From positions 214,434 through 278,433 of the forward strand of contig NIVC01001035.1 of assembly GCA_002269645.1 (NCBI GenBank): DNA of 64,000 nt, in the 5' to 3' direction. Below are positions 1 through 11,877 of this stretch, one piece after another; position 1 is the first letter of the stretch, and the number at the start of each line of letters is the position of its first letter. Below the pieces are notes generated by a model. The model did no database searches and was not told the origin of the DNA. It saw nothing but the letters and a program-made list of their open reading frames with translations. The position numbers were made by a program, and so were the translations under genes. This DNA comes from Macrostomum lignano. Taxonomy: Eukaryota.

Positions 1-182
1 GGAAGCCATTCTCAGAGATGTTTGGAGACAGTCAACTGAAGATTGATTGTATGCTGGTTTTCAGTCTTTAGCAAAGTGTCCACAAGTCTGGATGTCCACT
101 TGTAAGCTTGCATTATGGCTTATGGCGTGACCTGTCTTTCTTGTACAGGCATGCCATGTCCAAAGGAAACAGAAAAAGCAAA

Positions 183-419
183 GGGGTTGTAGCCTAATGC
201 GTCGGACTCACGACTTAGGTCGAGGTTCGATTCCCGATTCCACTACAATGATTTGTATCCTTGAGAAAGACAGTTCACTCTGCATTGCTTCACTTCACAC
301 AGCTGTAAAATGAGTGCCAGCATTAGCTGGGGTAAATGAGGTTTTGTGGCGACCCCCTCTTCCCAGTCCTTGCACTGAACAGCCGTACGCAGCCTTCAGA
401 TGTGCCGCGCAATAGCTGT
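183..419 (+). mobile_element. tRNA-derived SINE (family with 5 copies in window)
   Basis: A-box-like and B-box (GGTTCGATTC) head followed by a body (ctctgcattgcttca...cagctgtaaaatg.gtgccagcattagctggggtaa...actgaacagccgtac.cagccttcagatg.gccgcgcaatagctg) shared with copies at about 26195, 43088, 48430 and 49213(-). Confidence 0.85.
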
Positions 420-437
420 CTCCCTAACGACCCACAG

Positions 438-1164
438 CTCCTACACGGCGACCTCTCCGCAAGGATTCTGCCTAGTGATTAACATTCGAGACTACGAGCA
501 CCAAACCGGGCTGAAGTGCCGTCCCGAGTCCGAAGCGGACGTGAACCGAGTGAAATCCGTATTCGACCAGCTGGACTTCACTGTTCGGATCGCGGAGAAT
601 CTGAAAACTCACCAGATCTACAAACTGCTGCACGACTACGCCTCGGATGAAGCACTTTTCGGTCACGGCTGCTTTGTCTGCTTTCTGATGGCGCACGGGA
701 CAGCGAATTCAATCCTTGGCAGCGATGGCGAGCAGCTGGAGCTCAGGAGCATCACCCAGACCTTCAGCTCCTCCGTGTGCCCCGGGCTCAGGGGCAAGCC
801 GAAGCTTTTCTTCCTGCAGACGAGTCAAAAAGAGGAGCTCAAAGTGTTGCGCCACGCCTCTTCGGATAGCACGCTGGAGATGGAGCTGCGCGATCTCGCT
901 GCGAGGGGAACCGACTTCATTGTGTGCCGCTCGACCAGCTCCCTGTCTAGCAGCTCCTGCCCCAGCTTTGTGCAAACCCTCTGCTCGGAGATTGAGTCGC
1001 AGCACAAGGAAGCGAATATTTTGAAAATTGTCACCAGCGTCAACAATCAGCTGATTAAAAATAGTGCCCGACAGAGTGCCGAGGATGAAGCAGACCCAAC
1101 CAGTAAAGCTCCTGAGTTCATATCCAGTCTCACCAAGAAGTTCTTCTTCCGGCCCTGCAATTAG
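438..1164 (+). CDS. Caspase-family (C14) p20/p10 domain, predicted catalytically inactive pseudo-caspase; probably the last exon of a longer gene
   Basis: Caspase motifs PQGFCLVINI, R...SEAD, CFVCFLMAHG, CPGLRGKPKLFFLQ, DFIVCRST, SFVQTL, PEFISSLTKKFFF. QACRG is replaced by QTSQK. The ORF-track ATG at 400 lies inside the SINE; likely acceptor cccacag| gives an exon start at 438. Confidence 0.85.
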
Positions 1165-1874
1165 GCTTTGTGAATTTGCGACTGTTGAGCAATAAACATC
1201 GCTACTGCACTTCTGCGGCACGTGACTGAGCTTGACTAGTACGAGCTAATGCTACGCTTCTATTAAAATGAATGCCAATGTACTTTAGTAAATGTTCGTA
1301 AATGTTACGGCCTAGGGTTGACTTATCAGATATTGTCTAACAGTAAAAAGAAAGTTTTTAAAAATATAGCACGTAGCGATAATTACTTTTCTGTCATACT
1401 TTAGTTTACTAGCATTGTGGAGATATGAAGAACTTTACTGTTCCTTAGTGTTCAGATCAGTTATTTTAAATGTAGTATTTATTTGATATATAGACGACTT
1501 ATGTCAACTATTTTTACTAATTAAAATAGCAGCCTTTACTCCTTCCCTTCAATCAAATACATTGCGCAATTTCAAAGCAAGCCTGCAAGTTTAGCAGAGT
1601 TTGACCCTGGATATTTCGTATAGCTATTAGAACTACTTGGTTTTTACTCATTTAAAAATTAAACTTTATTTGCTTCTTTAGCCTTCTCCAAACCAGGTCT
1701 TGACCTGTTCCATGCTTCATGCGACAGCAGTTTGTTCTGAGGACCTTATCTAATCAGTATCGAAGAGAATACAAGAAGACAGGTTGAAGCGTTCCCTAGT
1801 CATGTGAGCAGACGCAGCCAATGCATAATTGCTTGGTGCTTGGCAATGCAATTGCTTTGATCGCTCCGGAGAAA

Positions 1875-3618
1875 ATGTGCGTCGGATTCACCAACGGTTA
1901 CAAAGACTTCCCGTACTGGAAGGTCAAGGAGGCCCTGGCCGCCATGACCCCGGGCTCGGCCGTCAGCTTCAACCGGATCGGCTTGTTCCACTTCGCCATC
2001 TACCTCGGCCTCGCCTGGCCCAAGGAGACCCTCGACGAGCCGATCCCGCTGGTGTGCCACTTCTCCGGCGACGCCAGCTCGGAGCCCATGGCCTCGGTGC
2101 GGCTGGACGACTTGCGCGAGGTGGTGCAGAACTCCACGGTGCGGGTGTACAAGTGCAGCTGCGAGCCGGCCAAGCGGATGCGGGTGGTCAGGGAGAGTCT
2201 GGCTCGGGTTGGCGAGGAGGGCTACAACCTGGTGACCAACAACTGCGAGCACTTCGTTCGCGACATCATCAACAATAGGAAGTTCAGCTACCAGTCCTTC
2301 TGGACGTTTGCTGCGCCGCTGGTGCAGCTGCCCCGGCTGCTCATCGGAGCGCCCATCGGCGGATCCATCGCTTCGTCGGCCTCGTTGAGCGCCTGCGTTG
2401 CCAGCAGTCTGACAAAATTCGCGTAAGACTTCATCAAACCCAGGGACAACTAAAACCCTGGGACCCAGGTTTTAGTTGTTCCTGATCAAACCGTTTGATT
2501 AAACGAGCTTAAACTATTCATTAGTGCTATCCATATACTAAAAATGATCTGTCGGTATATGTGTGTGTGATCGATTTTAGCAAAAGTGGCTCAACCGATT
2601 TTGTTCGAACTTGCACTGTTGCACTTGCACTTGATTAAACGAGCTTAAACTATTCATTAGTGCTATTAGTTACTAATAGCGATGGACGATAGAGATTCCA
2701 GGTGACATTAGATGACTTACTTACTTGACTTAGCTGCAGGGCGGTCCGAAGACGCAGCGGGGAGGCGAGCGTCGCTCATTCCGCTAGCCCCTGAGAAGTC
2801 CGCATAGGCTAGGGCACGGAGCCAGTCAGGGAGGTCTTCCGGCCCCGTCTGTAGCGTTGTCTTCAGTGGGGAAGACGGAGGCTCGTTTGGTAGCTCGGAG
2901 GAACTTGATGAGTCGTTGGATGTTCTCAGGCCGGCAAGCGTCGTCCAGAGACGGGTTGGGCCCGAGGTGGTTGAGCCGGTCTCGGTTGCAGGCCGGGCAG
3001 TAGCAGAAGAAATGCTTGGCGTCTTCGTTCTCGAAGTTGCAAAAGCGGCAGAGTTCGTTCCGTCGAACGCCTCGGAGGAACCGTGGACGTCTGGCAAAGC
3101 AACCGTGACCTGTGAAGGTCATAGTGAAAGCGCGGATATCTTTTCGATTTTGGTTCAAAGGATTCTTCGCAGCTTGAGTGACGGGCAGGGCATGCCGCCC
3201 ATTAGATGACAATCATGAGCCTTGTCTTTCTTTCAGAGCAAGACATTTATTGCCTCCCAACCGTCTCTGCAGCTCCTTAGGTCTCATCAATCCCGACATG
3301 GATCTCCTCGAGATCTCACTCTCGGGCTCCTCTGGTCTGTCAGCATCCGTTGACGTGAATCCCTGCTGCACCAAGGTGTACACTGGGCCAAACCAGAGCA
3401 TCGAGCAGGAGCTGTACCACTGCCTCACCTGCGGCATCACCGGTAGCAGGGTCGTGTGCCGGGCCTGCGTGTTCATGTGCCACACCGACTGCGACACCAG
3501 GTGCTTCAATGACGGTCCAGGATTTTGCGACTGCCAGCACCAAATGTGCCTGGTCAGTTCGGAAGCAGCTCCATTCGACGAGCCCACTGAGTCTGCGGAA
3601 TCTGTTGTAAATAGCTGA
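1875..3618 (+). CDS. LRAT/PLAAT domain + UBR-box-like zinc finger protein, copy 1 (297 aa)
   Basis: Exons 1875-2422 and 3273-3618; donor GC|GTAAGA, acceptor ctctgcag|, phase 2, 894 nt in frame. Motifs HFAIYLG, CHFSG, NNCEHF; exon 2 CTKVYTG..QELYHCLTC..VVCRAC..CHTDC..GFCDC. Confidence 0.85.
2441..2484. repeat. Near-perfect 44-nt palindrome in intron of copy 1
   Basis: cagggacaactaaaaccctggg / cccaggttttagttgttcctg are reverse complements apart from one mismatch and one bulge. Confidence 0.8.
2717..3199 (-). mobile_element. 5'-truncated non-LTR retrotransposon (3' end with CCHC-type zinc knuckle)
   Basis: Minus-strand FTGHG...CRFC...EDAKHFFCYCP; short (AAGT/AAGTC)n tail; 11-bp target-site duplication CATTAGATGAC at 2706-2716 and 3200-3210. 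Confidence 0.85.
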
Positions 3619-4251
3619 CCGTGTTTGGATATACCGAGCCAATTTTAACAAAACTGGGCAGTGTCGAAGCTGCTATTCCATGCACACTGATTGCAAAAAC
3701 TTTCATTTAGAAATCTCGCTTCGTTTTTTACTGTTAACAGGTGCGTGTACGACTTATTTAAGTGAATATGCGTAATGTTTCATTCGCTGATCTACTGCTC
3801 GATTCCTGCTTGAAGTGTTTGTAATTAAAGATCCATACAAAACATACATTGTTACATTATACTATGCTCCTCTAAACAAAATGAGTGATATAAATATAAG
3901 CAGAGTCAGTTTTCTATTCTTAGCCCTCACTTCTCTGTAATTGACGGGAAAATGAACCAAAAATATTTTCGTTTGGATGTTCAAAAATAAGCATGACACA
4001 GCAAGAACGAATGCTATTTTCATATTCCTTGTTCGCGAGAAGAAAGACGTGCGTGCTGGCATTTAAAGACATCTCGTAGTAAATTTCCAAGAAATTCCTC
4101 GAAAAATTTGCATTATCTTACTTGAATAAACTTTACTCTATTTAAGCGTACTAGCAATAGAAAAGTCTGATCCTTCTGGCTTATTTTAACTTTGCTGTCA
4201 GCCAAGCACCCTGTCTAAGACTTTAACCTACCCGAAATTAGGAAACGCGCG

Positions 4252-5838
4252 ATGTGCCTGGACTCATTGGAGAGTCGCTGCGAGGGCGATGGTCAACTCT
4301 GTAGGGACTTCGGCACAACGGAGGCTGGATTGGCGCGAGCGCTCATCGAAGCATCGCCAGGCTCAATCGTCAGCTTTGTGCTCCGGCCCAATCGATCATC
4401 TGGAGATCTGATCTGCCATCGACATTTCGGAATCTATCTTGGTCATGCATGGATTGCCAAGTACCACCAGGCTCTGGTTTGCCACAGTTACAAAAATCGA
4501 CTGACAGTGTCGAATTTTCGCGACTTGGCTGAGCTGTCAACGGAAATCCGAGTTTACAAGTGCGACTGTGACGATGACCGCGACCGCTTTGTTGCTGAGT
4601 GCTTCCGCCAGTACGGTAGCTCGCCTGAGGGTACCTGTCTCGCTAGTATCAAACGGATTGTTTCGCCTGAAAGCACGAAAGAGCCAACGGCTGTTACCAA
4701 AGGATGGTTCAAGCGACTGCTGTCGAGGTATGGACCATCGGTTCTCTCGAATTCTGGACTTTTTAAATGGCGTCTTGGTGCTCCGGCGCTGCCGAAGACT
4801 GATGAACCGCATTGCGCTGTCCTCGACGGGCTGCTCGATTCACTGGCTGGCTTGGATGAAAACTGGTAAAGACTGAAGTGCAGTTGGATATCTATTTTCT
4901 GTTTTTTGTCTATGGTATTCTATGGGATTAATACATCCACTAGGTAACCTATACGATAAAAGCATTCAAGACCAGTAACACAAGTAAATCTATTGTATCT
5001 ATTAAAACTTGTTTCATCAAAATTGGCCCAGTAGTTTCGGAGGAGATATGAAACGCACATTACATACAAACAGCGCGTCACTTTTAGTATATTGAGTGTT
5101 CTCACACAGCCTTTTGCGACCTTACAGAACTACCTGAAGACGTACAACCTGTAGTCTTCAAGTGCCAAAAGTTTTGATTCGTCAATCTTTTCAGAGATCT
5201 ATGGGGTCTTACCAAAATCGCATGCCGAAATTTGCCCGCATAAGATTTCCGAATGCCCTGAATATTTTCTATTTGGCATTAGCTACAGAGGGGGACACTC
5301 TGTATACAGGGGTGAGGGTCATTTACAGACTTTAGTAGCAACTACAAATTGAAATGATCCCTGGGACTGCTGCTGGAAGGTTGCCAATAACCTTCTTTAG
5401 AAGGCAGGCATTCAGGCAGATACATGTAAACTTCCTGTCGTCAAAGTTTTGCAAAACGATCCACAGAGTCTTTCTTCTAAACCATTTCGCAGTCTCATCG
5501 GCCTACTGAGCTCAAAGTTGGACATGCTTGAGGTCACTCTACACAGACAGCAAGTGGTCAGCTCTGCCAGCCCTAGCACTGCCATCCGCATCAGCAATCG
5601 CTGCACTCGAGACTTCACGGGTGAGGATGCCCAGGCTCACCAGGAGTTGCACGAGTGCCTCACCTGCGGCATCCGCGACGATCAAGCGATCTGCAAGCGC
5701 TGCGCAGAAGTGTGCCACGCCAATTGCTGCACCCAGAGGCTCAACGTGGATAAAGCTCGAGAAGTGACAGGGTACTGCGACTGTACACATGACTGCTCAC
5801 CCGAGCTCAAGCAGGATTCCCATCGGAACCGATCCTAA
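4252..5838 (+). CDS. Divergent LRAT + UBR-box-like protein, copy 2 (319 aa)
   Basis: Exons 4252-4865 and 5493-5838, phase 2 (TG|GTAAAG...tttcgcag|T), 960 nt in frame. HFGIYLG and VCHS are retained, NCEHF is replaced by GTCLASI; exon 2 CTRDFTG..QELHECLTC..AICKRC..CHANC..GYCDC. Confidence 0.75.
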
Positions 5839-6890
5839 ATGTTGGCATGAGTTGATTCCATTCGAAGAAACGTATTACATGTACCATCAACCATGTATAA
5901 AATATCATTTAAATACGCTCGTACATTGGTCTCTACTGTTATGCCTACGTGATCGTTAATTTTGCTTATATAAAAGTAATGTCGCACGGATTAGAACAGT
6001 GAGGCATCGACAATTCAAGTTAGGATGAATCACATTGGCCACTATAATTCCGAGTGCTTACTCGTCATCGCTCGCATTACTATATAAACCTAAACCCATT
6101 GGTGATAATCTCTTTCCACTCGTGTTCACTGTTAATTTCCCATTCACATCCATTAAGAAAGTCAATTAGTTTCTGCACCTGCCGTGGCTAATATGTAACT
6201 AAAACCTGTGACAAAAATTGTTTTTACTTGCGCCATTTTTTACTTTAGTACCTGCCGACATGCGGTTTATCTCTTCTCTTTCTTAAATATTGCTGTTACG
6301 TACATTAGTATTGAGTATGCACTACCCGACCTGGGGTCGCTGACAAATATGTAATTTTACATTACATCGACGTTCAGCCGACGTTTGACGACTTTTATTG
6401 CTGTACGGGGTGTGTTGTTTTGTACAATTCCATTAAATACTATTCCTAATACAACTAATATGTTTAGCTAATAAAAGCATCATTTGCATTCGCAAGCGAG
6501 AAGCCATTAAAATACAAAGCATACAAGAGATTAATAAACGACATAAACTAGCTGCATGGATCTCTCTCATTGTGGCGTGGACGTACGCTCGCAGCCAGCC
6601 AGAAAAAAATTCAAGGGTGTAAAAAGACCTGTTGAAAAATACGCGTACATATTAAAACAGTGTGGACTTGCTAATTCTCGTAATGAAACGTTAATATAGA
6701 GCGTTTGAGATAAAAATAGAATGACGGTTAGAGAGAGTGTACAGAGAATGCGTACAGCTCGTAAAGATAAGTGTACAGCGAAGCAAGTTCTGTCGCTTAC
6801 AAGAAGCCGCAATTTTCCAGACTGTGGTTTGCTGTCGCTAATGCCCCCCGCAACATTTTGTAGAATTCGTTAATTCTAGCTAAATTAGCT

Positions 6891-9800
6891 ATGCTGCCTC
6901 CAGCTAAAAAGAAATCAAGAAAGCGAATACCTTCAGAAGTCTATGAAGACTTTATGATGGCCATTGTGACCAATGACACTGAAATTATTGACGAGTTCTT
7001 GAAGATTAAGCCACCACTCGACAAAAGAGTGTCATTTCTAGACGACAGTATGACACCCCTGACGCTCACGTGTCTTCTCGGGAAGCCAGAAATTCTAAGA
7101 AAGCTAATTAAGGCCAACGCTGACGTCGACGTAAAAGAACTTAACGACACTTCGCCACTGTACGTTGCTGCTCAAGAAGGACACGACAAGATCGCGGACC
7201 TTCTAATTGAAGCGCAAGCGGAAATCGACTTCCAAAGCGCGGACGGGACTTCACCTCTTTACCTGGCTTCGCAGCACGGCCATCACAGAGTGGTGAGGTC
7301 GCTCATCGAAGCTCAGGCAAGTGTCGATTTACGAAGAAGCAACGGAGCATCGGCGCTGTGTATTGCGGCCCAGAACGGGCATCGGCTCGTGACCGACTTG
7401 CTGATCAGAGCTCAGGCGGATGTCAACATTCGGGCGGACAATAGCACAACACCTTTGTACATAGCTTCGCACAACGGCCACCATCTCATCGTTGAATTGC
7501 TGCTCAAGGCTCGGGCCGATCCAAACCTGCTACACTCTGACGGTACTTTTCCACTGTACGTTGCCGCTTACAATGGTCACTATCAAGTGGTTTCACTGAT
7601 AGTCGATGCCGGCGCGGAAGTCAATCTGCGAGACAGTCAAGGCTGTTCCTCGTTGATCATCGCCTCACAAAATGGTCACCGGCAAGTAGTAGATGTGCTC
7701 ATTTCCGCAAACGTCGATGTCAATCTTCCAGCTAACAATGGCGCAACGCCGATCTACATGGCCTCGCAGGAAGGTCATAAGCAAGTGGTCGACGTGCTTA
7801 TCAAAGCACAGGCTGATATAAACCTTTTAGCGAATGGCGATGCTTCGCCAATTTATACGGCAGCTCAGGAGGGTCACGACCAAGTGGTTGACTCCCTTAT
7901 CCATGCGAATGCCGATGTCAATTTTCAGAGGAGCAATGGCCAATCGCTTCTATTTATTGCCGCGCAGGAGGGTCACGAGAAGGTTGTGGAATTGCTTCTG
8001 AAATCGGGCGCAGACCCCGACCTACCAACTGGCAACGGTTGGTTGCCTCTGCACGCAGCTTGCAAACAAGGTCACCACATGGTCGCTGATCTTCTTATCA
8101 AAGCCCAGTCTGATATTAATCACTTGGCTCAAGGCAGCCTGTCGCCTCTGCTATTGGCTATTGAACAAGGTCACAGCAGAGTTGTAGAGCTACTCATCAA
8201 AGCGCAAGCCGAAGTCGACCTAACAATCTCAACAGGAGTATCCCTTTTCGAAGTGGCTAAAATGCTGGGTCATGACCGAGTGACAGCACTACTTCAGGAA
8301 GCAACCGCGAGTTCCACGGCGTCGTCTGAGACCCTTCAGGCAAACGAATTAAAGAATTCAAAGTAACAAAGGGTTTTTTTATTTCGTCAACTACTTTGAA
8401 GTACTACTTATTTTAGATAGCAAAAGCTTAAAATTTACACTAATGTTACTCTTCAGACAAGCGCTAGAGGACGTTCAATTGAGCTTGGAACTAAACTCAA
8501 CCCTTACTAAGGCAGGGTTTGTGAGCTCCCGAGCTGCAATGCAGAGCGTATTGGCTGACGTTCTTCAAGAGATTCTTCGAAAGCGATGGAATGGTGGCCA
8601 AATCTTCGTAGTTGGAAGCTACTCTGAAGGCTGGGGAAACAGTCTAAAAACGTTGGACGGCAGACCCGATGTAGAGTCCGACATAGACGTGATGAGGCTC
8701 ATAGATGGGAGACTTTACCACCTGAATTACCGGTGCAACTGCTCCGAAGATGAGAAACTATTGGTGAACTACGAGAATGGGCACATATTTTGTCCTGGAT
8801 ATGGTCTGTGCTAATTTGTTCATCATGTAAAAATCAACTTGCCTCACCGGTCTTAATGCGCCCGTTTATGTTTGCTTTCAGCTTCAACTCCCGCGAACCC
8901 GACAACCGGCTCCAATCTGAGGCCAGCTGTGGACGAAGTGAGCGGCGTTCGGCTCTGCTGCTACCCCCTCATCGCACCTCTGCTTACGCAGAGACTCGAA
9001 GACTCCCAAATCCCCGGCTCGGTTTTAAGTGCTCTTCAACAGGAACTAACCTCGTCGCCATGTCACGTGGTACACGCCGCACCGCCCGGACACGCTGGTG
9101 AGCAGCTCCGGTTGAGCACAACTTTTTTAGAGAGGCGCCTGTTGCGAAGTCTCAGCACTCTACAAGGTCAGCTCTTTGTTACCATCAAGTACATAGTAAA
9201 AAAGGTCATTTGTCACAAAGAAGGCTTCAATGCGGCGGGTTTGAAGGCGTATCACATGAAAACAATTACGTTTCGAATGCTCGAGCGAACACCAAGAGAG
9301 ATCTGGAAGCCGGAGAACTTAGTATTCCTCATCAGAGAGTCCCTGCTCATGCTGATTAATGACGTGAGAAACGGCTGCACACCTCAGAATACAGATGGTC
9401 GAATCATGGATCACTTTTTCCTATGCGACGCCGCGCTCTACCTCAAAGGTGTCGATCGCAGCCAGTCGATGCTGCAGACTTTGGAAGCAACAATCCAAGT
9501 CTTGGAAGAAGTGACAGCGAATTTGCCTCAGTTTATACTGAAGTTTATAAAAAGTTTGAAACCAGTCAGCGACTCAGGAAGATTCTACTTTCATCCCTTC
9601 CTCATCTTGCCGTATCTTAACCAAAATCCCATTCCACTATCTGGGAGAATTGAGTACCACGAAATTTACGATGTCGTCCGAAAATCATTGCTTTGCCTGA
9701 CCCACGACGGCAGCAGCTATCAGTCGCAACTGTATCTCACAGAGATTATCGCTAGGCTACCAGACAGTGCCCGCACAACCCGTGAGGTTCTCAGAGCGCT

Positions 9801-10392
9801 GGCGTGTCTAAAGTTCGGATACAAGGACTCTGCCAAGAAGATAATAAAGTACACCAGGTCCTTCAAGGTGAGCCGAGGCTTTGATTTACAAGCGGAGGAC
9901 CTTTTAGCTGCCGAAGCGACTCCGGAGAAAGTGTGGAATCATCTGAGAACTCAAGATTCTGCCTGGAAATTCAACTTTCATTTTGAGACGAGGCCAGAAT
10001 TTCAGTTTCTTCCCGAGCTCTGGGCCGCCTGCTTCCCAACTCAGACGCTGAATTTTGACACCTGCTTTTACATCAACTTTGATGCCATGCTGCAAAGCAT
10101 GCGCTTTCAACTGTTAGTGGACGAGGAGGAGACGACTGTCCAGTCTTGGATCCGTGATGTGGCCGGGCGGGAGGACGCCGACGAGCAGGAAGTGACGGTG
10201 GCGCTGCTCTGCTTGCGCGATGAAGCATTGTTCAAACCATTGCTGGACCGAGCGCAGTGGTTTCCGGCAGGAATTCCTAAGAGGATCCTTGAGGAGCTGA
10301 AGGCTAGATTTCGAGAGGACAATTGGAACGACTCTAGCCAATGGGGTCTTCAGCAGCTAAACCAAATTTTAGAACGCTTGCTTCTTCGCTAA
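6891..10392 (+). CDS. Ankyrin-repeat + Mab-21/cGAS-like nucleotidyltransferase (cGLR-like), about 1109 aa
   Basis: Three ORFs join through phase-compatible GT-AG introns: exons 6891-8362, 8457-8803, 8882-10392 (3330 nt). About 13 ANK repeats (SPLYxAAQEGH type). NTase motifs GSYSEG, SDIDVM, VDEV; Mab-21 motifs RLSTTFLERRLL, LKAYHMKT, W.PENL, DHFFL. Confidence 0.85.
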
Positions 10393-11877
10393 ATATTACA
10401 AGCTAATAATGCTACAATTCAGATAAACTCCACGACATCAGACTTTAAAAAAGATTCTGACAAACTGAATGAAATACATGAATGATTACAACTGAAAAAT
10501 TATCTGAGTTCCATAGTACAATTGCAAAGCAGTTTTTTAACACCGAGTTCTAATTCGGTACTATCAGTAGCAGTATTTGAATGTTTTACGAGTGCAAGGG
10601 GAAAAATATAAAGTTGTGGCTGCTAAGAGAAAATATTTCTGACCAATGTGAAGCCTCAGGACAGTTGAATGTCATGTCAGAGACATGAGTGTCGATCATG
10701 TCTGTGATGGATTTTGCTAGAATTTCTATGAGCATTATGTCTCTACCTTCTTGAGTCATTAGGTAAACTACTTTATCATCTGCAGTAAGGTTTTTAAAAT
10801 TCGAAACTTTCTCCGAGATTTCCTGCTCACATTTACAACGGAGTGTGCTACCAAGGTTCCGACTACACTTCTACCCCACATGGCGCTTTGGACAGGTCCT
10901 GTTCTCGTAAGAGATCCTTGGTCTCGCAGTCCTTAGATATTGTTTCACAGGCCAGTTTATGGTTTTTTAATCTAAACTGTTAGGGTTTAAAATCTGGATT
11001 TCAAGATTCTGGATTTATAATTTCAAGAACATACTTTTCGATTGAGTAGCGCTATTTGAACCTGAGGCAGTGACATTTTTGCAGAGTTCTCTACTCTTTG
11101 TCTCCAGTGTGTCTCCAGTATCGTGTGCATTCTACTGAAGTGTAATTCATATAGATATTTCTACGAGGCATAAAGAAATCATATGCATTTCTAGTTAACC
11201 ACAACAAGCGGCTGTTATAGTTCAAATAACGTAGGTTTTTCTTTTTACTATTTTACGAGACGTTCCTTAATCACCCAACCCACTGTTGGCACCACCCTCA
11301 TTTAGGACTTTAATGCAATAAAAACACTGTTTAGTTTATAATCTTTTAACAGCTATTATTTTTATCGTAAATCCTTGATTTACCAGACAACTACATTCGC
11401 GAACTTGACTTTAGTTTAACCAAGTCTGCGTATACTTTGCTATCGCTGTAAATCATTCTCCTTATCTACGAGCGTAACTCCGCAGAGAAGAAATGGACGC
11501 CCGCCCTAAGTCACTCGCTGTGTACACCGCAACCTGTGCCTCATTCACACCGTATGTGGGCTTTTAAAGGCGTCTAACTCACGCCTGCTTGCTCTCTGGT
11601 GTGCATGCACGTTTCTAAGGTGAAGTTCGTGAAAATTTCTGTCCTATAATTGTTGATTTGCAGGGACTATACTTTTGCAAACCCAAGATAAAGGCTCTAG
11701 CAAATTTTGATAAAGCGAACTCAAAATACTCGCTAGCAAGTGTTGAGTCAAGGGCATTGTTGATCAAGCGTTCTGACTCAAGATTTCATCAGAACTATTT
11801 TATTCTTTGAAAACGAAAAGCGTACAGCCAGCCAACAAAGATCAAAGAGCTTTAGCCTGGAGTCTACCTGTAATGTC

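Noticed and set aside
183-260. tRNA genes at the SINE heads (also 26195, 43088, 48430, 49451)
   Set aside because: A/B boxes are present but there is no complete cloverleaf or acceptor stem, and each continues into the same SINE body.
400-437. ATG at 400 as the caspase start (MCRAIAVS...)
   Set aside because: These codons are the SINE 3' body (cagatg.gccgcgcaatagctg recurs in other SINE copies); caspase similarity begins at the acceptor near 438.
438-10392. Bacterial CBASS-like operon (CD-NTase + phospholipase + caspase-like)
   Set aside because: Spliceosomal introns, SINEs and metazoan genes show the DNA is eukaryotic; the resemblance is only analogy.
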